Below, in pieces: positions 1 through 10,219 of a stretch of 64,000 nucleotides of DNA. A program made the position numbers and the translations under genes. Origin of the DNA: Methylobrevis albus (GTDB taxonomy: Bacteria > Pseudomonadota > Alphaproteobacteria > Rhizobiales > Pleomorphomonadaceae); contig NZ_JADZLT010000040.1 in assembly GCF_015904235.1 (NCBI RefSeq), positions 449,794 through 513,793 on the forward strand. The letters run 5' to 3'. The notes under the pieces were generated by a model. It saw nothing but the letters and a program-made list of their open reading frames with translations. It made no database searches and was not told the DNA's origin. Every line of letters starts with the position of its first letter. Within the stretch, counting starts at the first letter, position 1.

Positions 1-222
1 CTCCCCTACTCACACGCCGTCGCCCCGAACGCCTCGATTCCCGCGCGGCACCGCAAGGGGTCCGGTTCCCGCGGCCAGCCGTCGCCGATGCCGGGCCGCG
101 AATCCCCCGCCGCGCCATTAGCCGAGGAAACGCCACCACTTAAGGCGGGGCAAGCGGATTCGGCCGCTTTGAGGGCGGCCAGGGCGCTCGTCCCCGACTG
201 GTTTACCGGCCGTCGCGGCGGC

Positions 223-627
223 TCAGGCCGAGGGGCGGCTCACCACATAGCCGGCGCAGCCGAGCAGGGCGGCCGCGACGACGAGGGCGAGGGGCAGCGA
301 GGGATGCGCGCCGAGGAAGAAGACGAGGAAGCCGACGGCCATGCCGGTGCAGGCCATCGCCTTGGCGGCGGGGGGAATCGCGCCGCGCTCGCGCCAGCGC
401 TTCAGCGTCGGCCCGAACAGGCGGTGACCCAGCAGCCAGGCCTCCAGCCGCGGCGAGGAGCGGGCGAAGCAGCCGGCGGCGAGGATGATGAAGATCGTCG
501 TCGGCATCACCGGCAGCAGCGCGCCGACGACGCCGAGCGCCACGAACAGAAAGCCGGCGATCAAGAAGAATATACGCTGCAAGTTGGGCTTCCGTTGCAC
601 CGGCTTCGACGGCAGTCTCCCGATCAT
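223..627 (-). CDS. DUF454/YbaN-family inner membrane protein
   Basis: ORF 223..732 trimmed to the internal ATG at 627 (MIGRLPSKP...). It has two hydrophobic helices and the GxFLxxxG motif typical of YbaN-like proteins. The stop (TGA) is at 223. Confidence 0.6.
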   Translation of the reverse strand: MIGRLPSKPVQRKPNLQRIFFLIAGFLFVALGVVGALLPVMPTTIFIILAAGCFARSSPRLEAWLLGHRLFGPTLKRWRERGAIPPAAKAMACTGMAVGFLVFFLGAHPSLPLALVVAAALLGCAGYVVSRPSA

Positions 628-817
628 CGGGCGCCGTCGCCGGCCGTCAAGGCCAGCCGCGTGCCCGGCACGAATCCTGCTGACGGCCACCCCACGGACC
701 CGGCGGGCAGGGCGACGCGACGACAAAATCATGCGACTGAAATTCAGCTATTTCCAGTCGCAATCCGGTGTACGACGCTAGCGGCCCGCGCGCGCGGCCG
801 CGAGGACAGGACGGACG

Positions 818-1489
818 ATGATCACGAGGCTGCGAACCTACTTCCTGACGGGGCTGATCGTCGCGGGTCCGGCCGGCATCACGCTCTACGTCTCCTGGTC
901 GCTGATCACCTGGATCGACGGCTGGGTAAAGCCCTATCTGCCCCGGGCGTACAACCCGGAGACCTATCTCTCGATCCCGGTGCCGGGCTTCGGACTGTTC
1001 GTCGCGCTGTTCGGCATCACGCTGATCGGCTTCCTCACGGCGAACATCGTCGGGCGCACGCTGATCCACTGGGGCGAGGGGCTGCTCGGGCGCATGCCGA
1101 TCGTGCGCAATCTTTACGGCGGGCTGAAGCAGATCTTCCAGACCGTGCTCTCGAATCGCGGTGAGTCGTTCCAGAAGGTCGGCGTGATCGAGTATCCGCG
1201 CCTCGGGCTCTATTCGCTGGTGTTCGTCTCGGTGCCGGCGCGCGGCGAACTCGCCGCCCGGCTCGCCGACACGACCGGTGACGACGACGAGATGATGGGC
1301 GTGTTCCTGCCGACGACGCCGAACCCGACCTCGGGCTACCTGCTCTATGTCCGGCGCAGCGAGATCATCTACCTCGAGATGAGCGTCGAGGACGCGGCCA
1401 AGCTGATCATCTCGGCCGGTCTCGTCACCCCCGACATGCTGTCGAACGATCCGGACCAGCCGAAGCCGCTGCACGCGCCCGCCGCCTGA
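818..1489 (+). CDS. DUF502 family membrane protein
   Basis: 223-aa ORF with an N-terminal transmembrane segment. It carries the conserved GWVKPYLP and GVIEYP motifs characteristic of DUF502. It is divergent from the ybaN-like gene. Confidence 0.75.
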   Translation: MITRLRTYFLTGLIVAGPAGITLYVSWSLITWIDGWVKPYLPRAYNPETYLSIPVPGFGLFVALFGITLIGFLTANIVGRTLIHWGEGLLGRMPIVRNLYGGLKQIFQTVLSNRGESFQKVGVIEYPRLGLYSLVFVSVPARGELAARLADTTGDDDEMMGVFLPTTPNPTSGYLLYVRRSEIIYLEMSVEDAAKLIISAGLVTPDMLSNDPDQPKPLHAPAA

Positions 1490-1509
1490 GGCCCGCCCGT
1501 GCGCAGGGC

Positions 1510-3630
1510 TCAGCCGGCGCGCAGCAGCCGCACCGCCTCGTCGCGGCCGAAGAGGTAGAGCAGCGCGCGCAGCGCCGTTCCGCGCGGGCTGGCAAGCTCC
1601 GGATCGCGCGCGAGCACCAGCGCCGCGTCGTCGCGGGCGATCTCGATCAGCTCGCCGTGCAACTCGGGACGGACGATGCGGTAGCCCGGCATGCCGCTCT
1701 GGCGCGTGCCGAGCACCTCGCCGCCGCCGCGCAGCTCGAGGTCCTTCTCGGCGATGACGAAGCCGTCCTCGGTCTCGCGCATCACCTCGAGCCGCGCCTT
1801 GGCGGTCTCGCCGAGCGGCGCCTTGAAGAGCAGCAGGCAGCGCGAGGCCTTGTCGCCGCGTCCGACCCGGCCGCGCAGCTGGTGCAGCTGGGCGAGGCCG
1901 AAGCGCTCGGCGTGCTCGATCACCATGATCGTCGCGTCCGGCACGTCGACGCCGACCTCGATCACCGTGGTCGAGACGAGGACACGGCTTTCGCCGGCCT
2001 GGAAGCGGCGCATGGCGGCGTCCTTCTCGGCCGGCTTCATGCGGCCGTGCACGAGGTCGACGACGGGGCCGAAGGTGCGCGTCAGGTCGCCGTGGCGCTC
2101 GGCGGCGGCGGCGAGGTCCGAGACCTCGCTCTCCTCGACCAGCGGGCAGACCCAGTAGACCTTGGCGCCTTCGTCGCGCACCACGGCACCGATGCGATCC
2201 ACCACCTCGCCGATCCGGTCGAGGCTGATCGAGACGGTGGTGATGGGTTTGCGCCCGGCCGGCTTCTCGTCGAGGCGCGAGACGTCCATGTCGCCGAAAT
2301 AGCTCAGCAGCAGGGTGCGCGGGATCGGCGTCGCCGTCATCACGAGCAGGTCGGTGCCGGCGCCCTTCGACGACAGCGCGAGGCGCTGGTGCACGCCGAA
2401 GCGGTGCTGCTCGTCGACGACGGCGAGGCCGAGGTCGCGGAAGGCGATGTCGGACTGGAAGATCGCGTGGGTGCCGACGACGATGTCGACGCTGCCGTCG
2501 GCGATCTCGGCGACGAGCCGGTCGCGCTCGCGGCCGCGGTCGCGCCCGGTAAGCACGGCGAGGCGGATGCCGGCCGCCTCGCAGAGGGGGCCGAGCGAGC
2601 GGGCATGCTGGCGGGCGAGCAGCTCGGTGGGAGCCATGATCGCCGCCTGCGCGCCCGATTCGACCACGGCGGCGGCGGCGAACAGCGCCACCATCGTCTT
2701 GCCGGAGCCGACGTCGCCCTGCACGAGGCGGATCATCCGGCTGGGCTCGGCGAGGTCGGCGAGCACCTCGGTGATCGCCCGTTCCTGCGAGCCGGTGAGG
2801 GCAAAGGGGAGGGCGCTGCGCAGCTTCGCCGCCATGGCGCCGGTCGCGACCCGGCGCTTGCCCGCCGCGCGGCGCAGCGAGGCGCGGACCATCGCAAGGG
2901 CGAGCTGGCCGGCGAGCAACTCGTCATAGGCGAGCCGCAGCCACGCCGGGCCGGTCGGCAGCGCGTCGACCGTGTCGGTCGGCTGGTGCACATCGCGCAT
3001 CGCCTCGGCGAACGGCGGCCAGCGCCGCTCGGCGAGGAAGGCGGGGTCGAGCCAGTCGGGCAGCACGGGCAGGCGGGCGAGCGCCGCGTCGGCGAGCTTC
3101 TGCAGCAGCTTGCCGGAAATGCCCTCGGTGAGCGGATAGACCGCCTCGACCAGCGGCAGCTTCTCGAAATCGGCTTCGGCGACGACGTGGTCGGGGTGCG
3201 GCATCTGCGGCGCGCCGTTGAACCACTCGACGGTGCCGCTGATCCAGCGCGTCTCGCCGACCGGGAACAGGCGCTCGATCCAGCCGGCCTCGGCGTGGAA
3301 ATAGACCAGCGCCATCTCGCCGGACTCGTCGTGCACATAGACCCGGTGCGGCTGGCGCCGGCCGCCGGGGCCGGTGCCGCCCGGCTTGTGCCGGTCGACG
3401 CGGACGAGCAGCGTCGAGATCGCGCCCTCGGGCGCGCGGGCGATCAGCGCCTTGCGGCGGCGGTCGACGGTGCCGGACGGCAGATGGAACAGGAGATCGG
3501 CGACCACCGCGTCGCGCGCGGTCTCGCCCGGCGGCCCGACGAGGCGCGCGAGTTTCGGCGCGGTGCGCGGCCCGACCCCGGGGAGGTCGGCGAGCGGCTG
3601 GAACAGGGGATTGAGGATCTCGGGACGCAT
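1510..3630 (-). CDS. recG: ATP-dependent DNA helicase RecG
   Basis: ORF 1510..3738 carries the Walker A motif GDVGSGKT and DEQHRFG, plus helicase C-terminal motifs and the RecG wedge region. The start was moved to the ATG at 3630 (MRPEILNPLF), the typical RecG N-terminus. Confidence 0.9.
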   Translation of the reverse strand: MRPEILNPLFQPLADLPGVGPRTAPKLARLVGPPGETARDAVVADLLFHLPSGTVDRRRKALIARAPEGAISTLLVRVDRHKPGGTGPGGRRQPHRVYVHDESGEMALVYFHAEAGWIERLFPVGETRWISGTVEWFNGAPQMPHPDHVVAEADFEKLPLVEAVYPLTEGISGKLLQKLADAALARLPVLPDWLDPAFLAERRWPPFAEAMRDVHQPTDTVDALPTGPAWLRLAYDELLAGQLALAMVRASLRRAAGKRRVATGAMAAKLRSALPFALTGSQERAITEVLADLAEPSRMIRLVQGDVGSGKTMVALFAAAAVVESGAQAAIMAPTELLARQHARSLGPLCEAAGIRLAVLTGRDRGRERDRLVAEIADGSVDIVVGTHAIFQSDIAFRDLGLAVVDEQHRFGVHQRLALSSKGAGTDLLVMTATPIPRTLLLSYFGDMDVSRLDEKPAGRKPITTVSISLDRIGEVVDRIGAVVRDEGAKVYWVCPLVEESEVSDLAAAAERHGDLTRTFGPVVDLVHGRMKPAEKDAAMRRFQAGESRVLVSTTVIEVGVDVPDATIMVIEHAERFGLAQLHQLRGRVGRGDKASRCLLLFKAPLGETAKARLEVMRETEDGFVIAEKDLELRGGGEVLGTRQSGMPGYRIVRPELHGELIEIARDDAALVLARDPELASPRGTALRALLYLFGRDEAVRLLRAG

Positions 3631-3740
3631 CACCCGTCCATAGCGCGTCCGGCCCGGGCGATAAATCGGCAAGGCGGCCGGAGGTAAACGACGCCTCTGG
3701 CGAACCGGCGCGGGGCAACGGGAATGGCTGTGTCGCAATT

Positions 3741-6050
3741 TTGCAACAATCTTGCTACCTTGTGCCGCGCAGAGGCCGCGGGTCCGCGCGGCGGACGGGC
3801 GTTTGGCCGGGGAGGCTCCAGCATTTGGTGACGATCGTCGACGAGACGGGACGCCTTCCTGCGGCGCGGCTGGACAATGGCCGCGGCGACGGACGGTTGC
3901 GCCGGCGGCTCGGTCTCGCGGCGGTGGTGCTCGCCTTCATCTCGTCGGTGGCGACCTTCGTGCTGCTCGCCGGCCTCGCGCCGATCGAGCCCAATCCGCG
4001 CATGGTGCAGATCTCGCTCGGCATCAACGCGGTGCTGGTCATCGCGGTGCTGGTGGCGATCGGTGTCGAAGTCAGCAAGCTCTGGCGCGCCTGGCGCGAG
4101 GGGCGTGCGGGCGCGCGGCTGCACCTGCGCATCGTCGCGCTGTTCTCGCTGATCGCCGCGCTGCCGGCAGCGCTCGTCGCCGGGGCCTTCGCGGTGACGC
4201 TGAACCAGGGCTTCGACCGCTGGTTCGAGACGCGAACGCGGCAGATCGTCGACAACGTGCTCACCGTCGCCAGCGCCTACATGCAGGAGCACGCCGGCGT
4301 GCTGCGCGGCGACCTGATCGGCATCGCCACCGCGGTGGACGCGGCAAAGCCGCTCTACGACTTCGAGCCGTCGCGCTTCGAGCAGGGCTTCGAGGCGCAG
4401 TCGTCGCTGCGCGGCGTGCAGGGCGCCTTCCTGCTCGACGCCGACGGCAACATCATCCTGCGCAACCAGCTGCAGCCCGACACCGAGGTGATCATGCCGC
4501 CGGCGCGGGCGATGGCGGAGGCGGCCAAGGGCTCGCCGGTGCTGATCTCGCCCGGCGCGTCCAACCAGGTCGGCGGCGTCCTGAAGCTCAAGGCCTATGA
4601 GGATACCTACCTCTACGTGGTGCGCTCCCTCGACGCCGTGGTGCTCGACAACCTGCGCCTCGCCCGCGAGAGCGCGGTGGAATATCGCCAGCTCGAGGCG
4701 AGCCGCTCCGACGTCCAGACGGTGTTCGGCCTCGTCTTCGCCGGGCTGACGCTGATCATGCTGCTCGGCGCGATCTGGCTCGGGCTCGCCTTCTCCACCG
4801 GCCTCGTCGCGCCGATCCGGCGGCTGATCGGCGCGGCGGGCGAGGTCGCCGGCGGCAACCTGCTGGTCGAGGTGCCGGTCGGCGACCGCAACGACGACCT
4901 CGGCAGCCTCGGGGAGACCTTCAACAAGATGACGTCGCAGCTGCGCAGCCAGCGCGACGACCTGTTGCAGATCACCGATCAGGCCGACCGCCGGCGCCGC
5001 TTCACCGAGGCGGTGCTGTCGGGTGTCACGGCGGCGGTGGTCGGCGTCACCAGCGAGGGGCGGATCTCGATCGCCAACCGCTCGGCGACCGATCTCATCG
5101 GCCTCGACGAGGCCGACCTGATCGGCCGCCGGCTGATCGACGAGGTGCCCGGCGCCGAGCCGCTGCTCTCGGCGGCGATGCGCGACGACAGCCGCATCTT
5201 CCAGGGCACGTTCACCTTCGTCCGCCCCGGCATGGAGCGGGTCGTCTCGGCCCGCGTCGCCAGCGACCGCTCGCCCGATTCGGCGCACGGCTACGTGGTG
5301 ACGCTCGACGACATCTCCGACCTGATCTCGGCGCAGCGCACCTCGGCCTGGGCCGACGTCGCCCGCCGCATCGCGCACGAGATCAAGAATCCGCTGACGC
5401 CGATCCAGCTCTCCGCCGAGCGCATCCGCCGGCGCTACGGCAAGCTGATCGATCCGGACGATCCGGTGTTCAATCGCTGCGTCGACACCATCATCCGCCA
5501 GGTCGGCGACATCGGCCGGATGGTCGACGAGTTCTCCGGCTTCGCCCGGATGCCGAAACCCAGCATGGACCGTCACGATCTCGCCGATTCGATCCGCGAA
5601 TCGGTGTTCCTGCTCGGCGTCGGCCGCCCGGAGATCGACTTCGAGACCGACCTGCCGGCCGAGCCGCTGGCGGGACTGTTCGACAACCGGCTGATGTCGC
5701 AGGCGATCACCAATCTCGTGAAGAACGCCGCCGAGGCGATCGACCAGGTGCCGGTGGAGGAGCGAGACGGCGGCAAGGGCCATGTGCTCGTCGCCGCCCG
5801 GCGCCAGGACGACCAGTTCGTGATCGAGGTCGTCGACGACGGCATCGGCCTGCCGAAGGCGGACCGCCACCGGCTGCTCGAGCCCTATATGACGACGCGC
5901 GAGAAGGGCACCGGGCTCGGCCTCGCCATCGTGCGCAAGATCATCGAGGAGCACGGCGGCCGGGTCGAACTCAACGATGCGCCGGCCGTGGCAACCGGCG
6001 GGCGCGGCGCGATGGTGCGCGTGACGTTCCCGGTCACCGGCGCCGCCTGA
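3741..6050 (+). CDS. ntrY: two-component sensor histidine kinase NtrY
   Basis: Two N-terminal transmembrane helices are followed by HAMP, PAS, HisKA (HEIKNPLTPI) and HATPase (DDGIGLP, GTGLGL) domains. It lies immediately upstream of ntrX. The true start may be the TTG/GTG at about 3825-3828, which follows a GGGGAGG Shine-Dalgarno sequence. Confidence 0.85.
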   Translation: MQQSCYLVPRRGRGSARRTGVWPGRLQHLVTIVDETGRLPAARLDNGRGDGRLRRRLGLAAVVLAFISSVATFVLLAGLAPIEPNPRMVQISLGINAVLVIAVLVAIGVEVSKLWRAWREGRAGARLHLRIVALFSLIAALPAALVAGAFAVTLNQGFDRWFETRTRQIVDNVLTVASAYMQEHAGVLRGDLIGIATAVDAAKPLYDFEPSRFEQGFEAQSSLRGVQGAFLLDADGNIILRNQLQPDTEVIMPPARAMAEAAKGSPVLISPGASNQVGGVLKLKAYEDTYLYVVRSLDAVVLDNLRLARESAVEYRQLEASRSDVQTVFGLVFAGLTLIMLLGAIWLGLAFSTGLVAPIRRLIGAAGEVAGGNLLVEVPVGDRNDDLGSLGETFNKMTSQLRSQRDDLLQITDQADRRRRFTEAVLSGVTAAVVGVTSEGRISIANRSATDLIGLDEADLIGRRLIDEVPGAEPLLSAAMRDDSRIFQGTFTFVRPGMERVVSARVASDRSPDSAHGYVVTLDDISDLISAQRTSAWADVARRIAHEIKNPLTPIQLSAERIRRRYGKLIDPDDPVFNRCVDTIIRQVGDIGRMVDEFSGFARMPKPSMDRHDLADSIRESVFLLGVGRPEIDFETDLPAEPLAGLFDNRLMSQAITNLVKNAAEAIDQVPVEERDGGKGHVLVAARRQDDQFVIEVVDDGIGLPKADRHRLLEPYMTTREKGTGLGLAIVRKIIEEHGGRVELNDAPAVATGGRGAMVRVTFPVTGAA

Positions 6051-6089
6051 CGCCGTCATGGCGTCCGGCCCAGAAAAAGAAGAGAGGCG

Positions 6090-7457
6090 ATGGCTTCGGA
6101 CATTCTCATAGTCGACGACGAGGCGGACATCCGCGAGCTCGTCTCTGGCATCCTCGAGGACGAGGGCCACGGGACGCGCACGGCCGCCGACGCCGACCAG
6201 GCGCTGTCCCTGATCGGGGCGCGGCGCCCCTCGCTGGTCTTCCTCGACATCTGGCTGCAGGGCAGCCGCCTCGACGGCCTCGCGCTGCTCGAGCAGATCA
6301 AGGCCGACCATCCCGACCTGCCGATCGTGATGATCTCCGGCCACGGCAACATCGAGACGGCCGTCGCGGCGATCAAGCGCGGCGCCTACGACTACATCGA
6401 GAAGCCGTTCAAGGCCGACCGGCTGGTGCTGATCGCCGAACGCGCGCTGGAGACCTCGTCGCTGAAGCGGACGCTGCAGGAGCTGAAAGTCCGCTCCGGC
6501 GAGCCCGAGTCGCTCGCCGGCGGCTCGTCGGTGATCAACCAGCTGCGCAACACCATCGAGCGCGTTGCGCCGACCAACAGCCGCATCCTGATCTCCGGCC
6601 CGTCGGGGGCCGGCAAGGAGGTCGTCGCGCGGGCGATTCACGCCCGCTCGCAGCGGGCGCGGGCGCCGTTCATCGCGCTCAACGCCGCGGCGATCACGCC
6701 CGAGGGCATGGAATACGAGCTGTTCGGCGCCGAGCCGGTCGACGGCAATCCGCCGAAGGTCGGCGCGCTGGAGGCGGCGCACGGAGGCACGCTGTTCCTC
6801 GACGAGGTCGGCGACATGCCGCGCGAGACGCAGAGCCGCATCCTGCGCGTGCTGGTCGACCAGAGCTTCGAGCGGCTCGGCGGTACGCGGCGGGTGCAGG
6901 TCGACGTGCGGCTGATCTCGTCGAGCGCGCGCGACCTCGAGCGCGAGATCGCCGAGGGGCGCTTCCGCGAGGACCTGTTCCACCGCCTCAGCGTGGTGCC
7001 GATCCGGGTGCCGGGGCTCTCCGAGCGGCGTGAGGACATCCCGGCGCTGATTGACCATTTCATGCAGCAGATCTCGGTCTCGGCCGGCCTGCCGCCGCGC
7101 AAGATCGGCGACGATGCGATGGCGGTGCTGCAGTCGCACGACTGGCCGGGCAACCTGCGCCAGCTGCGCAACAACGTCGAGCGGCTGATGATCCTCGCCC
7201 GCGGCGACGCCGAGGCGGTGATCACCGCGGACATGCTGCCGTCCGAAGTCGGGGCCATGCTGCCGTCGCTGCCGAGCAGCGCAGGCGGCGAGCACCTGAT
7301 GGCGATGCCGCTGCGCGAGGCGCGCGAGATCTTCGAGCGGGAGTATCTCACCGCCCAGATCAACCGCTTCGGCGGCAACATCTCGCGCACCGCCGAGTTC
7401 GTCGGCATGGAGCGCTCGGCGCTGCACCGCAAGCTGAAGTCGCTCGGCATCGCCTGA
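6090..7457 (+). CDS. ntrX: sigma-54-dependent response regulator NtrX
   Basis: Receiver domain (DDEADIRELV...D) plus AAA+ sigma-54 activator domain (GPSGAGKE, GAFTGA-like) and a C-terminal HTH. An AAGAGAGG Shine-Dalgarno sequence precedes the ATG. Confidence 0.9.
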   Translation: MASDILIVDDEADIRELVSGILEDEGHGTRTAADADQALSLIGARRPSLVFLDIWLQGSRLDGLALLEQIKADHPDLPIVMISGHGNIETAVAAIKRGAYDYIEKPFKADRLVLIAERALETSSLKRTLQELKVRSGEPESLAGGSSVINQLRNTIERVAPTNSRILISGPSGAGKEVVARAIHARSQRARAPFIALNAAAITPEGMEYELFGAEPVDGNPPKVGALEAAHGGTLFLDEVGDMPRETQSRILRVLVDQSFERLGGTRRVQVDVRLISSSARDLEREIAEGRFREDLFHRLSVVPIRVPGLSERREDIPALIDHFMQQISVSAGLPPRKIGDDAMAVLQSHDWPGNLRQLRNNVERLMILARGDAEAVITADMLPSEVGAMLPSLPSSAGGEHLMAMPLREAREIFEREYLTAQINRFGGNISRTAEFVGMERSALHRKLKSLGIA

Positions 7458-7589
7458 GCCGCGCGGCGCGGCGATGACGCAACGCGGTAGCGGACGGCGC
7501 GCCGCGGCCGCGATATAGAGATGATCTCAAAGATGTGCCTCCGCCGTCCGGCGGACGAGCGCCGTCATGCCGAAGGGACGACACAACCG

Positions 7590-8966
7590 ATGCGAGTCGT
7601 GATTTGCGGAGCCGGCCAGGTCGGCTACGGCATCGCCGAGCGCCTGGCCGCCGAGGAGAACGACGTCACCGTCATCGACACGTCGCCGCGGCTGATCACC
7701 GGCATCCGCGAAACGCTCGACGTGCGCGGCATCATCGGCAACGGCGCGCATCCCGATGTCCTCGCGCAGGCGGGCGCCGAGGAAGCCGACATGATCATCG
7801 CCGTCACGCTCTACGACGAGGTGAACATGGTGGCCTGCCAGGTCGCCCACTCGCTGTTCAACGTGCCGACCAAGATCGCGCGCGTCCGCGCCCAGAGCTA
7901 CCTGCAGCCGCACTGGCGCGACCTGTTCTCGCGCGAGCACATGCCGATCGACGTGGTGATCTCGCCCGAGATCGAGGTCGGCGACCTCGTGCTGCGCCGG
8001 CTCGCCTATCCGGCGGCGGTCGACATCGTGAAGTTCGCCGACAACAACGTGCTGGTGCTCGGCCTGCGCTGCGGCGACGACTGCCCGGTGGTCGACACGC
8101 CGCTGCACCAGCTGTCGGAGCTGTTCCCGAACCTCGGCGCGGTGGTCGTCGGCATCGCCCGCGGCACCACCGTGTTCGCGCCGAAGAGTTCGGATTCGAT
8201 GCTGGTCGGCGATCTCGTCTACGTCGCGATGCACCGCGACAGCGTGCGGCGGCTCCTGAAGATCTTCGGCCAGGACGAGCCGGAGGCGACGCGGATCGTG
8301 ATCGCGGGCGGCGGCAACATCGGCGCCTATGTGGCGCGCATGGTGGAGAAGGCGAACCCCGCCGCCAAGGTGAAGGTGATCGAGGCCTCGCGCGAGCGGG
8401 CGGTGCAGATCGCCGACGACCTCGAGCGCGCCGTGGTGCTGCACGGCTCGGCGCTCGACCAGGCGATCCTCTCGGAAGCCGACGTCGAGACCGCCGACAC
8501 GCTGGTCGCGCTCACCAACGAGGACGAGGTCAACATCCTCGCCTGCGTGCTCGGCCGCACGCTGGGCGCACGGCGCACGCTGAGCCTGCTCAACAACGCG
8601 AGCTATCCGACCTTTGCAAAAGCGCTCGGCATCGACGCCTACATCAACCCGCGCGGCGTCACCGTCTCGAAGATCCTGCGCCACGTGCGCCGCGGGCGTA
8701 TCCGCGCCGTGCACACGGTGCAGAACGGCGCCGCCGAGATCATCGAGGCCGAGGCGCTCGACACCTCGCCGCTGGTCGGCAAGCCGCTGCGCGAGCTCAA
8801 CCTGCCGGCGGGCGTACGCATCGGCGCGGTGTTCCGCGCCGGCAAGGTGTTGACGCCCGACGGCGATACGCGGATCGTGGCGCGCGACCGGGTGATCATC
8901 TTCGCGGTTGCCGGCCGGGTGCGGATGGTGGAACAGATGTTCCGCGTCAGCCTCGAGTTCTTCTGA
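7590..8966 (+). CDS. trkA: Trk system potassium uptake protein TrkA
   Basis: Two tandem NAD-binding TrkA-N domains (GAGQVG, GGGNIG) and TrkA-C domains. The start was placed at the internal ATG (MRVVICGAGQVG). Confidence 0.9.
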   Translation: MRVVICGAGQVGYGIAERLAAEENDVTVIDTSPRLITGIRETLDVRGIIGNGAHPDVLAQAGAEEADMIIAVTLYDEVNMVACQVAHSLFNVPTKIARVRAQSYLQPHWRDLFSREHMPIDVVISPEIEVGDLVLRRLAYPAAVDIVKFADNNVLVLGLRCGDDCPVVDTPLHQLSELFPNLGAVVVGIARGTTVFAPKSSDSMLVGDLVYVAMHRDSVRRLLKIFGQDEPEATRIVIAGGGNIGAYVARMVEKANPAAKVKVIEASRERAVQIADDLERAVVLHGSALDQAILSEADVETADTLVALTNEDEVNILACVLGRTLGARRTLSLLNNASYPTFAKALGIDAYINPRGVTVSKILRHVRRGRIRAVHTVQNGAAEIIEAEALDTSPLVGKPLRELNLPAGVRIGAVFRAGKVLTPDGDTRIVARDRVIIFAVAGRVRMVEQMFRVSLEFF

Positions 8967-9163
8967 GCCCGGCGTCGGCCGGATATGCGGAGCGGCAGGC
9001 TCAACATGGCCTGAAACCTGCTTTGCAGGAGGTTCGAACTTTCGAGGGCCCTGAAAGCGAAGCTCACAGGCGCGAATCCGCGCAAATCGACTGCAAAAAA
9101 AGAACCGACATCGGCCCTGCGGCGCAAAATGCCGACGGAGCTGCAAAAAAAAGAGGCAGATGG

Positions 9164-10024
9164 ATGGGCAGGATCGCATTTGTGAACGGACGCTATGTTC
9201 CGCACGCCGCGGCGCAGGTGCACGTCGAGGACCGCGGTTACCAGTTCGCCGACGGGGTCTACGAGGTGTGCGAGGTGCGCGACGGCGCCCTGATCGACGT
9301 GACCCGCCATCTCGACCGGCTGGAGCGCTCGCTCGACGAACTCCGGATCGACCATCCCGGCGAGCGCAGCGCGCTGACGCTGATCATGCGCGAGGTCGTG
9401 CGCCGCAACCGCATCCGCAACGGCATGGTCTACCTGCAGGTGACGCGCGGCGTCGCCCCGCGCGACCACGGCTTCCCCGCCGACGTGCGGCCGTCGGTGG
9501 TGATGACCGCGCGTGCGGCATCGCGGGCAAAGGCCGACGCGCAGGCGGCGGCCGGTATCGCGGTGATCACCGTGCCGGACAACCGCTGGGACCGCGTCGA
9601 CATCAAGTCCACCTCGCTGCTGCCGAACGTGCTCGCCAAGCAGGCGGCGCGCGAGGCCGGTGCCTATGAAGCCTGGTTCGTCGACGGCGATGGCTTCGTC
9701 ACCGAGGGCTCGTCGACCAACGCCTGGATCGTGACGCGCGAAGGAACCTTGGTGACGCGCGCCGCCGAACACGGCATCCTGCGCGGCATCACGCGCGGCG
9801 TCGTCAGCGACGTCGCGGCGACGCGGCAGATCCGCGTCGTCGAGCGGCCGTTCAGCGTCGAGGAGGCGAAGACGGCGCGCGAGGCTTTCATCACCGCAGC
9901 GACCACGATCGTGATGCCGGTGGTGTCGATCGACGGCCATGCGGTCGGCGACGGCAAGCCCGGCCCCGTGGCGCTCGGCCTCCGGGCCGCGTTCCACGAC
10001 GGGGTCGAGCGGCTGTCGGCGTAA
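9164..10024 (+). CDS. dat: D-amino-acid / class IV aminotransferase
   Basis: C-terminal 286 aa of the fused track ORF 7535..10024. The ATG at 9164 is preceded by AAGAGG. It matches the fold-type IV PLP aminotransferase pattern (EVCEVRDG, YLQVTRG, catalytic Lys region). Confidence 0.8.
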   Translation: MGRIAFVNGRYVPHAAAQVHVEDRGYQFADGVYEVCEVRDGALIDVTRHLDRLERSLDELRIDHPGERSALTLIMREVVRRNRIRNGMVYLQVTRGVAPRDHGFPADVRPSVVMTARAASRAKADAQAAAGIAVITVPDNRWDRVDIKSTSLLPNVLAKQAAREAGAYEAWFVDGDGFVTEGSSTNAWIVTREGTLVTRAAEHGILRGITRGVVSDVAATRQIRVVERPFSVEEAKTAREAFITAATTIVMPVVSIDGHAVGDGKPGPVALGLRAAFHDGVERLSA

Positions 10025-10219
10025 GAGCAGTTTCAGCGCGACCGCCCGCCGGGGAACGGGGGCGGTAGCGAGGGGAATCCCGGTGGTTCGGCGGGCGCCA
10101 GGATGCGTCGCCGGGTTTCGGGTTTGGGCCGGCGGAGCGCCGCCGTGGACGGATCCTCCCCCGCCCGCGGCAGCTTGGCCGGATGACACAGGCACAACCA
10201 ACTACAAGGCCAAATACAA

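Noticed and set aside
88-1164. 358-aa plus-strand ORF at window start
   Set aside because: It overlaps both the ybaN-like gene (antisense) and the 5' region of the DUF502 gene. It is low-complexity Arg/Ala/Gly-rich with no motif.
3700-3760. Possible sigma-54 promoter (TGGC...TTGCA) upstream of ntrY
   Set aside because: Spacing between the GG and GC elements is 15 nt instead of 10, so it does not fit the -24/-12 geometry.
3630-7427. 1265-aa ORF on minus strand
   Set aside because: It is antisense to ntrY/ntrX with Arg/Ala/Gly-rich composition and no domain signal. This is a typical high-GC antisense ORF.
7535-10024. 829-aa plus-strand ORF
   Set aside because: It is a frame-shifted read-through across trkA in the +2 frame. 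Only the last 286 aa (from the ATG at 9164) form a real gene (dat).
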